NCBI GenBank assembly: GCA_002429115.1
Contig: DIYS01000015.1
Coordinates: 1-32,000 of the forward strand
Direction: 5' to 3'
Length of the DNA stretch: 32,000 nt
From: Saccharicrinis sp. UBA6048
GTDB lineage: Bacteria; Bacteroidota; Bacteroidia; Bacteroidales; Marinilabiliaceae
Shown here: positions 1-10,978 of the stretch, one piece after another
Layout of the letters: the number at the start of each line of letters is the position of its first letter
How positions within the stretch are numbered: the stretch's first letter is position 1
Made by a program: the position numbers and the translations under genes
The notes under the pieces: model-generated
What the model was told of the DNA's origin: nothing
Seen by the model: only the letters and a program-made list of their open reading frames with translations
Databases searched by the model: none

Positions 1-1900
1 CATCCGCTGAAAGTAAAGTATTATAGAATCCTGCCGCTCTGGTCATATCACGTGGCACACATACATAAACCCCACGGATTGAATTAATAACCATGCTCAA
101 TGGCGAGCCACTGTGCCAGATTCCTTCCAGTCGATGCCCTCTTGTGCGTACAATAACTGGCGCTTTTTGCCCATTTTTAGTGCGGTAGCGTGTGGTTGCC
201 AGGTCATCACTCATAGTTTGAAGTGCATACAAGAGGTAGTCGAAATATTGAATCTCAGCAATCGGACGTAATCCTCGTAAGGCCAAACCTATTCCTTTTC
301 CTAATATCGTTGTCTCACGTATTCCGGTATCACGCACACGAAGGTCGCCGTACTTTTCCTGCATACCCTCAAGTGTCTGGTTAACGCCTCCAAGGTAGCC
401 GGTGTCTTCACCAAATGTTACCACTTTAGGGTTATTGGCAAATATGTGATCAAAGTTATCGCGTAAAATTTCACGACCCGGAACCGTTTTTGAATTATCA
501 TCAAACAATGGAAGCTCTTCTGCCACCTTAAGGGCTGAGTTATCGTCCTCGGCATACAACCATTTACTGTAATTTTCCCAACCTTTTTCCTGGTATACTT
601 TCACCCATGCCTTGAGGCGTGATTTCATACTATTGGGCTTCTCACAAGCTGCGCAATAATGACGAAGCACCTGACGAGCAGCGCTCAATATTTCTTTCCT
701 GCCTAGTGATAATGAAGATTTCAGGCTATTGACGATACCATCAATTTTATCCTGTTTAATATCACTACACAAACATTCTTTTTGCGTAATAATGGCCAAC
801 AGTTCGTCACGCTCAGCTTTAAAGGCATCAGTGTAATCTTTAAACGCTTCCTTTTGCGCAGCCTTTACCTCAACAGCAGCTTCATCTTCAATTGCATCCA
901 ATTCAGAAGCATCAGCCAGATTGCTACTGATAAGCCATTGTCGCATTTGTGCAATACAATCATACTCATTTTCCCATTCCAATCGCTCACTGTTTTTATA
1001 TCGTTCGTGCGATCCACTGGTTGAGTGACCAATTGGTTGCGTCAGCTCCTCAATATGAAATAATACAGGCACATGTTCTTCCCTGCATCGTTTAATACCT
1101 TCTTCATACATCTGGCAAAGACCCGCATAATCCCAACCTTTGCCTTTGTATATTAGCATCCCGGTTTTGTCGCGAGCGCCTTTTTCAAAGCCTTTCAATG
1201 CTTTACTTATGCTCTCCTTAGTGGTCTGAAACTTTTTTGGTACAGAAATACCGTAGCCATCATCCCACACGGATACCGCCAACGGAATTTGTAATACCCC
1301 GGCGGCATTTAAGGTTTCAAAAAAATGCCCCTCTGATGTACTGGCATCTCCAATGGTTCCAAAGGCTACTTCGTTACCTTTTCGGCTAAATTGCTCATAC
1401 TGGTGTAATTCTGAATTATTTCGATAAAGTTTGGATGCCATGGCTAATCCTACTAAACGAGGCATCTGACCGGCTGTAGGTGAAATATCAGATGAGGTAC
1501 ATTTCATATCGGCCAGATTTTTCCAGTTGCCAGCCTCATCAATCAGGCGTGTACCAAAATGGTTATTGAATGAGCGTCCGCCATTATCCGGGTTAAGCTC
1601 TGTACGCGTTTCGCCATATAATTGTGCAAAAAACTCTTTGGGCGTCATCATGCCTGCAGCCAAAATAAAGGTTTGATCACGGTAATAACCTGATCGCCAA
1701 TCTCCATTTTTAAACTGCTTGGCCATTGCTATTTGAGGGATTTCTTTTCCATCGCCAAAAATTCCAAACTTTGCCTTTCCTCCTAACACTTCTTTACGAG
1801 CCATTAAACTCATATTTCTGCTCACACAGGCAATCCTATAATCGGCAATTACTTCTTTTTTAAACTCAGCAAAGCTGAGCTCGCTTTCATTTAAAGACAT
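1..1900 (-). CDS. Fused alpha/beta dehydrogenase E1 component (2-oxoisovalerate/2-oxoacid dehydrogenase type), truncated by window left edge
   Basis: Manual minus-strand translation from ATG at 1900: MSLNESELSFAEFKKEVIADYRIACVSRNMSLMARKEVLGGKAKFGIFGDGKEIPQIAMAKQFKNGDWRSGYYRDQTF...GTIGDASTSEGHFFETLNAAGVLQIPLAVSVWDDGYGISVP...; the same frame continues into a beta-type domain (FGEDTGYLGGVNQTLEGMQEKYGDLRVRDTGIRETTILGKGIGLALRGLRPIAEIQYFDYL). No stop before position 1. Confidence 0.88.
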   Translation of the reverse strand, partial: MSLNESELSFAEFKKEVIADYRIACVSRNMSLMARKEVLGGKAKFGIFGDGKEIPQIAMAKQFKNGDWRSGYYRDQTFILAAGMMTPKEFFAQLYGETRTELNPDNGGRSFNNHFGTRLIDEAGNWKNLADMKCTSSDISPTAGQMPRLVGLAMASKLYRNNSELHQYEQFSRKGNEVAFGTIGDASTSEGHFFETLNAAGVLQIPLAVSVWDDGYGISVPKKFQTTKESISKALKGFEKGARDKTGMLIYKGKGWDYAGLCQMYEEGIKRCREEHVPVLFHIEELTQPIGHSTSGSHERYKNSERLEWENEYDCIAQMRQWLISSNLADASELDAIEDEAAVEVKAAQKEAFKDYTDAFKAERDELLAIITQKECLCSDIKQDKIDGIVNSLKSSLSLGRKEILSAARQVLRHYCAACEKPNSMKSRLKAWVKVYQEKGWENYSKWLYAEDDNSALKVAEELPLFDDNSKTVPGREILRDNFDHIFANNPKVVTFGEDTGYLGGVNQTLEGMQEKYGDLRVRDTGIRETTILGKGIGLALRGLRPIAEIQYFDYLLYALQTMSDDLATTRYRTKNGQKAPVIVRTRGHRLEGIWHSGSPLSMVINSIRGVYVCVPRDMTRAAGFYNTLLSAD

Positions 1901-2119
1901 ATAAATGTGTTTAACTTTTTTAGTTGCTAGGCACAAATTTACTAAGAATGTGCCATTATCAATCGGGCAACTATCAAACATATAAGAAACACCTTTTGTT
2001 TGGTGAGAATGTACTTTTAGAAAATAAAGAGCTCTTTATCTTATTATTACTTGTGTGATTAGCTTACTTATTGATATCGTTAATTTTTTGATCGACATTT
2101 ATAACAAACATTGTATCAT

Positions 2120-2782
2120 ATGAGCCATGAGTTTTATAATTCTGTTGAGTCGGAATTGAATTTCTATAAGCAATTACTAAATAAACTACCTGCATCGGTT
2201 CATATACTTGAGGTCAATGATAATTACGAAACTATGCTGCGATGGGCTACTGATAACTATGTGAATTTCACAGGCATTTCATTGAACGAGCGTGCTGAAC
2301 TAGGTTTTGCCAATCCATACGATTATTATCATCCGGACGACGCCGAATCGGTTATAAAAGGCACCAGGTATATCATAGAAGGTCAAGGTGAAGAAGCCTC
2401 CTTCTTTTGCCGAATGCTCAATGAGTATCAGTCTGGTTGGGTGTTTATTAAGATCAAACCGTTTAAGACTGTCGACTCCAGAAAATTTATTATTTGTCTG
2501 GCTTTTCCAACTAAGGATGAAAACAAATTTGCCAGCCATAAATTTGACACCTATGTGCAGGAGATTGCCCGGTTGAAAAACCAGATTAAAATTAATAAGT
2601 TGTCAAAAACGGAGTGTCACGTATTCAAACTCTTAGCACAAGGTTTAAGTACGAAGGAAGTAGCTACAAAACTTAACCGTAGCTTTAACACAATTAATAA
2701 CCATCGGCGCTCAATATTTAACAAGCTGGGTATCCACAAGATATCCGAGGCTGTAGCACTGGCAAAAGAATGTGGCATATAA
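2120..2782 (+). CDS. PAS-like sensor domain + LuxR-type HTH transcriptional regulator (copy 1)
   Basis: C-terminal LSKTECHVFKLLAQGLSTKEVATKLNRSFNTINNHRRSIFNKLGIHKISEAVALA is a GerE/LuxR HTH; N-terminus resembles a PAS fold. Track start 2111 is TTG; ATG at 2120 preferred. Confidence 0.8.
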   Translation: MSHEFYNSVESELNFYKQLLNKLPASVHILEVNDNYETMLRWATDNYVNFTGISLNERAELGFANPYDYYHPDDAESVIKGTRYIIEGQGEEASFFCRMLNEYQSGWVFIKIKPFKTVDSRKFIICLAFPTKDENKFASHKFDTYVQEIARLKNQIKINKLSKTECHVFKLLAQGLSTKEVATKLNRSFNTINNHRRSIFNKLGIHKISEAVALAKECGI

Positions 2783-2794
2783 TCGCTGTGAATT

Positions 2795-3448
2795 ATGTAT
2801 CAAATAAAATCCGATCAAGACTTTTATCTCAAGCTATTAAATACGCTTCCTGCATCCATACATGTGTTGGAAATAAACAATCAGCTTGATGCGTCAGTTA
2901 TTTGGGCCAATAAGAATTATGAAGAAACCACCGGCATAACGCTTAGCGAAAGGGAAAAAATTGGCTTTCTGGATCAATCAAATGTTTTTAATAAAGATGA
3001 TAGTAAAGAGATAAAAGCAGCTTTTCGTCGTTTTATCAATAATGAGCATAAAAAAGAATCAATTATTGCCCGTTTTAAGGTGAGTTTCACAGATGAAAAA
3101 TGGTGCTATATCAGATCTCAGAAAATAGATCTGATACCTGGAAAAACCCATATTATCAGTATCCTGTTTACACTCGAAGATGGGCTGGTGGTTAATCCGA
3201 ATAAGCTGGACTACTATATTAACGAAAACAAAAGACTGCGAAATCAACTCAAACTCTCATCACTGACCAAAGCAGAAAAAAACGTGTTGCACCTATTGGG
3301 CAAAGGATTATCTACAAAAGAGACTGCCAATTACTTATGTCGAAGTTTTAATACGATTAATAATCATCGTCGATCAATATTTGTCAAACTGAATTTCCAC
3401 AAAATATCGGAATTAGTTGCATTCACAAAAGATGTGGGTTTAGTATAA
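2795..3448 (+). CDS. PAS-like sensor domain + LuxR-type HTH transcriptional regulator (copy 2, tandem paralog)
   Basis: Same architecture and clear similarity to the preceding ORF (LPASIHVLEINN / RSFNTINNHRRSIFVKLNFHKISE). Confidence 0.8.
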   Translation: MYQIKSDQDFYLKLLNTLPASIHVLEINNQLDASVIWANKNYEETTGITLSEREKIGFLDQSNVFNKDDSKEIKAAFRRFINNEHKKESIIARFKVSFTDEKWCYIRSQKIDLIPGKTHIISILFTLEDGLVVNPNKLDYYINENKRLRNQLKLSSLTKAEKNVLHLLGKGLSTKETANYLCRSFNTINNHRRSIFVKLNFHKISELVAFTKDVGLV

Positions 3449-3562
3449 GCTATACTGAATATCCTAACCTGGACACGCCAGAAAAGTATCAAGAATCAAG
3501 ATTTAAGTATCAAGACTATTTACAAGATGCAAACAATATTCTGCCAAATTAAACACTGCTTG

Positions 3563-3579
3563 CCCCGAGTTTCTCGGGG
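3563..3579. other. Perfect 7-bp stem, 3-nt loop (CCCCGAG-TTT-CTCGGGG) downstream of the tandem regulators
   Basis: Inverted repeat read directly; no strong T-tract, so terminator status uncertain. Confidence 0.5.
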
Positions 3580-3639
3580 AATATCATTGATAAGATACTA
3601 ATACATACATTTCCCGATTTATTGATCTTTTATTCCTAA

Positions 3640-3659
3640 AATGACATATTTGTGTCATT
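3640..3659. promoter_or_regulatory. Inverted repeat AATGACA-N6-TGTCATT upstream of the 3755 gene, possible operator
   Basis: Perfect 7-bp arms about 95 bp before the start of the outer-membrane protein gene. Confidence 0.3.
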
Positions 3660-3754
3660 GATCAATTTTCTATCCACCACTAATTTTGCTCAAAGATGTT
3701 ACAAACCTATGAGTAGATAGACTAATAATGTGGTGATTATGAAAATTTGAGCAG

Positions 3755-5083
3755 ATGAAATATTCCATCCTAATTTTATTGCTGGTTGTAAGCATAAGTA
3801 TGCGATCGCAGGAGCCTATTTTAAGCATGATGAAGATGGTTCCCCAAGTGCAGCGGATAAATCCGGCCCTCTACAATGATAGTTTGAATTACATTAGTCT
3901 TCCGGGAATCAGTAATTTCAATTTTGAGCTTGAAGCACAAGGTCTCAAACTCAACGATGTAAGCAATAGTTTGTATGATAATGATGATGCCGCAGCCATT
4001 TGGGATGATTTAGCGGAATCGCTTAGTAGTAATAATTCAATCGCCTTTAATGCCAAAACAACCATTTTAGGCTTAGGAATTAAAATTAAAAATGGGTTTT
4101 TCTCGTTTGAAGCTATCCACAGAACATCTGGTCAGATTCAGTTCTCCAATTCCTTTGCCGACTTACGGTATATCCAGTCTGATTTTGTTATTCCTTCCGG
4201 AGAAATTAATAGTCAACCAGAACTAGAAATCGATGCATTAAGCTACAACGAATACAAGTTTGGCTACGCACACCAAATAACTCCTAAACTAAGAGTTGGC
4301 GCTTCTTTTAAATTCTTAAGTGGCATCAGCTATGTTGATTCAGAAGACATGGGTATTGACATTCAATACAATGAAGAGACAGGAGGTCTTATACAGACCA
4401 AAGGTCAGTTGGCCATCTCTGGTCCTTTTGATTATAGTCATAATAATAACCATAGTGTCAATGACATTTCATTCAAAAACAATCTATCGGTTAATGACCT
4501 GCTCATAACCAACAATACAGGATTAGCGTTTGATTTTGGCGCTAATTACGACATCACTGATAAACTAAACATCAATGTGGCCATCACTGAAATCGGATCT
4601 ATCAAATGGAAATCGTATAACTTATACGAATCGAACCAGACGTTTGTATTGGATCAAAACACAGTACTACAAGGAACTAATATGGGAAGTTTTATGGCCG
4701 ACTCATTGAGTAAAGCCCTTGAACTTAAAGTTGAAAACACAAGTAAAAAACAAAAACTAAACACGACACTAAATACCAATATTAACTACCAATTACTAAA
4801 ATGGTTAAAACTTGGGGTTAATTACTCGTCTACATCTGTATACGATGATCGTCATAATCAGATGACGTTTATGGCTGATTTTTCTAGAAAAGAATTTTCA
4901 GCTTTCATCATCGGTTACAGCATATCCAACATTAATGGTAATTCGCTCAACCTGGGTACTTCGGCCAGGCTATTAAAAGTGATTCAATTCTATGCCTTTG
5001 CCGATAAGATGGAAAATATGTTTAAAGATAGTTCCGAAGTCTCATCATTAAGTATCAGGGGCGGAATTAATGTCGTCTTTTAG
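3755..5083 (+). CDS. DUF5723-like outer-membrane beta-barrel protein (PorP/SprF/PorV-like flavour)
   Basis: N-terminal signal peptide; 'MMKMVPQVQRINPALYNDSLNYISLPGISNFNFELEAQGLKLNDV' resembles the conserved N-terminus of the Bacteroidota DUF5723 family; terminal F. Confidence 0.65.
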   Translation: MKYSILILLLVVSISMRSQEPILSMMKMVPQVQRINPALYNDSLNYISLPGISNFNFELEAQGLKLNDVSNSLYDNDDAAAIWDDLAESLSSNNSIAFNAKTTILGLGIKIKNGFFSFEAIHRTSGQIQFSNSFADLRYIQSDFVIPSGEINSQPELEIDALSYNEYKFGYAHQITPKLRVGASFKFLSGISYVDSEDMGIDIQYNEETGGLIQTKGQLAISGPFDYSHNNNHSVNDISFKNNLSVNDLLITNNTGLAFDFGANYDITDKLNINVAITEIGSIKWKSYNLYESNQTFVLDQNTVLQGTNMGSFMADSLSKALELKVENTSKKQKLNTTLNTNINYQLLKWLKLGVNYSSTSVYDDRHNQMTFMADFSRKEFSAFIIGYSISNINGNSLNLGTSARLLKVIQFYAFADKMENMFKDSSEVSSLSIRGGINVVF

Positions 5084-5168
5084 AATATCAGACATACTCA
5101 ACATTCAGTCTGAGTTCGATATTATGTTTCGAATCAGGTTATTAAATAAACAAATAATACTACCAGCC

Positions 5169-5984
5169 CTATTTTTTAACCAAACCTATAACCCTAACTA
5201 ATAACTCTTTGAAATTAGAAGCATCTTCATAAAATGGAACATGACCACAGTGAGGTATTACATGCACCTCACCTCCCAAAAGCGGAATATCAATATTAGT
5301 CACCTCATCAAGATTGTAAAGAAGTTCTTTGCCGCCATAAATCATAGCAGTAGGAACCGAATTTTGATTAATCAGCTCAAACTGATCCGTATAGCTTTGA
5401 TCTTCTATTTCTTTAGCCAGGTATTCACGTGTTAAAGGATCAGATTTTATTAGTTGCTGTTTGAAATAATCATCTGGTGGAAAATCCGGTGCATACATGG
5501 CCGCATTCATCTTATCAATATCTGAAGCTGTGATATCAGGCTTGAAAAACAAAGGGAAAACCGGACTTGGTAAAAACACAGACATATTCAAGGGTTTCGA
5601 AGCAGGATATGAACAGGTTAAAACAATGCCTTTAATTTCAATCTCACATTTCAATAATTCAATGGCAATGTTACCTCCTAAGCTATGTCCAACAACTATA
5701 ACATCAGTAATTTCATTCTTTTTACAAAAGACAGCTAATTTTTTTGCTTGCTCAGATATTACATAGTCCTTTTCCGGATCGTTTGAAAAGTCAGAATCAC
5801 CATAACCTATCAGATCAGGCGCATACATCGTAAACTCTCTTTGTAATTGTGAATCATTTAATTGTTTTAAGAAGGAGTCAGAATCTAACGAGTTTCCGTG
5901 CAAAAAGAGCAAATTAGTATTTCCTTCTCCTGCTTTATAACAGGCCATTGATAAGCCATTTACTTCAACCTTGTGCTTTTCCAT
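5169..5984 (-). CDS. Alpha/beta fold hydrolase
   Basis: LLFLHGNSLDSDSF, YAPDLIGYGDSD, VVGHSLGGNIAIEL nucleophile elbow, C-terminal IPHCGHVPFYED histidine region. Confidence 0.9.
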   Translation of the reverse strand: MEKHKVEVNGLSMACYKAGEGNTNLLFLHGNSLDSDSFLKQLNDSQLQREFTMYAPDLIGYGDSDFSNDPEKDYVISEQAKKLAVFCKKNEITDVIVVGHSLGGNIAIELLKCEIEIKGIVLTCSYPASKPLNMSVFLPSPVFPLFFKPDITASDIDKMNAAMYAPDFPPDDYFKQQLIKSDPLTREYLAKEIEDQSYTDQFELINQNSVPTAMIYGGKELLYNLDEVTNIDIPLLGGEVHVIPHCGHVPFYEDASNFKELLVRVIGLVKK

Positions 5985-6101
5985 CTTTCCTTATCTAAAT
6001 TACACCTAAGAGACAATCAAACTTTTCAATCTATTGCTTTGTTTTCCTATAAACCTGTTTCCAAAAATTTACGTCGAAATCAGGTTATAAACAAATTTTA
6101 G

Positions 6102-6109
6102 TACTTTTG
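6102..6109 (+). promoter_or_regulatory. Bacteroidota-type -7 element (TACTTTTG) for the 6135 gene
   Basis: Matches TAnnTTTG consensus 26 bp upstream of the ATG. Confidence 0.45.
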
Positions 6110-6134
6110 TACCGAAATAAAAAAGGGAAAGCAT

Positions 6135-6377
6135 ATGTGGCCTGTATTATTATTGAGTATTGTATTAATGGGGATTGTTTTTGTACTGATGGCTATCAGA
6201 ATCATTTTACAGAAAAACGGCAAATTCCCAAACTCCCATATCGGTGGAAATAAAGCGCTTAACGAGAAGGGTATTACCTGTGCAACCACACAAGATAAGC
6301 TGGCCAGAAAAGAAGCTTTCAAGATTAAGCCCTTAAAACTGGATGGGGAATATGAGAGTAGAACAACCAGCTGCTAA
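6135..6377 (+). CDS. Small single-TM Cys-containing protein (80 aa), conserved in Bacteroidota
   Basis: N-terminal TM (VLLLSIVLMGIVFVLMAIRIIL) then KKNGKFPNSHIGGNKALNEKGITCATTQDKLARKEAF; promoter upstream and terminator-like stem downstream. Confidence 0.75.
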   Translation: MWPVLLLSIVLMGIVFVLMAIRIILQKNGKFPNSHIGGNKALNEKGITCATTQDKLARKEAFKIKPLKLDGEYESRTTSC

Positions 6378-6380
6378 AAT

Positions 6381-6414
6381 AAAAGAGGATTTCCCCGAAA
6401 CGAACTCCTCTTTT
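6381..6414 (+). terminator. Terminator-like stem AAAAGAGGA ... TCCTCTTTT
   Basis: 9-bp perfect arms immediately after the 6377 stop, flanked by A/T runs. Confidence 0.6.
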
Positions 6415-6569
6415 ACATTCATTCTACCCAAACCCAACACTCTAATTTCATAAACAATACTTTCACTTACCACATTCATAGTCAAGCATATTGCCCTCCA
6501 TTCTAAGATGCAAGTTAAGACCGTAAAAGTGACTTGTCAAGGTGAGTTTCAGGAAGATATTCTGTGCGA

Positions 6570-7568
6570 TTACTCTATAATCGTCTGCTTAAACCCTTCA
6601 GTAAATCGAATTTCAAAAGTTTCGGCATCGCCATCTAAAATAAAGTAGGCCTCCAGATCATTATTGGCTTGGGCAATAGCCATGCTCTTTTCGTAACCAA
6701 GCACCATAAATGCAGTGGCATAAGCATCGGCTGTCATGCAATCGGGCGCCAGCACCGATACACCAAGCAGCTGATGTTCTACCGGATAACCCGTAAACGG
6801 ACTGATGGTATGCGCGTACTTTTTTCCTCCTTTGATATAAAAATTTCGATAATTACCTGAAGAGGCCAGTGCCGTATTCGAGATACCAATTATTTCCTGC
6901 AACTCACGATTTTGCACAACAGGATCATCAATTGGTTTATCAATACCAACACGCCAGTTCGTTTTCTTTTGGTTCACGCCTTTCACTCGCATCTCACCAC
7001 CAATTTCCACCATGTAATTTTCAACATTGAATGTTTCGAGCAAATCAGCCACAACATCCACAGCAAATCCTTTTGCTATGGCACTGCCATCCAGCATTAT
7101 CTCGGGTTTATTTTTCACAATGAGATCATTTTCCAGCCTTACCATATCCATTCCCACATAAGGCATTATTGAATCGATTATCGCCTGAGTAACACTATCT
7201 TTTTTCGAAAAACCAAAACCCCAGGCATTCACCAAAGGTGCCACCGTCATATCAAAAGCTCCGCCGGTAGCAGCCGTAATTTCTTTCGCCCGCTTAAATA
7301 CTTGCCGAAAATACGCATCCGTTTCGTTTGAGGTATTTCGATTAATCTTACTAATGGTTGATGTTTCCTTGTAAGTTGACATGGACCAGTCAAAGGCATT
7401 TAAGGTAGTTCGTATGGTATCAGATAAATCCTCTGCACTTTCATAAGTCATGTGGTAGATGGTACCAAAAATAAGCCCTTCTGTGCGTATGTATTCCTTC
7501 TTAGGCTGACAGGAAATTGATGAAATTATAACAAGAGCAACTAATGCAATGCGCGTATATTGTTTCAT
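6570..7568 (-). CDS. apbE: FAD:protein FMN transferase (ApbE), lipoprotein
   Basis: Lipobox (ISSISCQPKK), IFGTIYHMTYES, AFDMTVAPLVNAWGFG, LDGSAIAKGFAVDVVADLL, GGEMRVKG, AHTISPFTGYPVEHQLLGVSVLAPDCMTADAYATAFMVLG. Confidence 0.95.
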   Translation of the reverse strand: MKQYTRIALVALVIISSISCQPKKEYIRTEGLIFGTIYHMTYESAEDLSDTIRTTLNAFDWSMSTYKETSTISKINRNTSNETDAYFRQVFKRAKEITAATGGAFDMTVAPLVNAWGFGFSKKDSVTQAIIDSIMPYVGMDMVRLENDLIVKNKPEIMLDGSAIAKGFAVDVVADLLETFNVENYMVEIGGEMRVKGVNQKKTNWRVGIDKPIDDPVVQNRELQEIIGISNTALASSGNYRNFYIKGGKKYAHTISPFTGYPVEHQLLGVSVLAPDCMTADAYATAFMVLGYEKSMAIAQANNDLEAYFILDGDAETFEIRFTEGFKQTIIE

Positions 7569-7608
7569 TTGAGAATCTTTTTTGGCAAAGGTGAGAAATC
7601 AGGCTCTA

Positions 7609-7649
7609 ATACCAAAATTACATTGAAGTTAGCGTTATTATTTTGGTAT
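7609..7649. other. Inverted repeat ATACCAAAAT ... ATTTTGGTAT upstream of apbE
   Basis: Perfect 10-bp arms separated by 21 nt. Confidence 0.45.
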
Positions 7650-7662
7650 AATTATGAAATAG

Positions 7663-7711
7663 AAAGGATCGTATCTTTATTTGTGGGCTGCAAATAAAGA
7701 TACGATCCTTT
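7663..7711. repeat. Long perfect palindromic hairpin, copy 1 (possible bidirectional terminator or dispersed palindromic repeat)
   Basis: AAAGGATCGTATCTTTATTTG (7663-7683) - TGGGCTG - CAAATAAAGATACGATCCTTT (7691-7711): 21-bp perfect stem. Confidence 0.9.
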
Positions 7712-7737
7712 GATTCTTAGTCTATAAAAACAAGTGA

Positions 7738-10950
<3,213 letters not shown>

Positions 10951-10978
10951 CTATTTTTTTACCAATTGATTTAATCTT

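Noticed and set aside
782-1024. 80-aa plus-strand ORF
   Set aside because: Lies antisense within the strong E1 dehydrogenase coding frame (1-1900 minus).
1865-1879. CTCAGC-AAA-GCTGAG palindrome
   Set aside because: Short stem inside the start region of the E1 coding sequence; no T-tract, likely coincidental.
2300-2539. Minus and out-of-frame ORFs over the PAS/HTH genes (2300-2539, 2388-2576, 3059-3247)
   Set aside because: No recognisable domain; overlapped by well-supported CDSs.
6098-6322. 74-aa minus ORF
   Set aside because: Antisense to the 6135-6377 gene, which has promoter, TM and conserved-looking motif.
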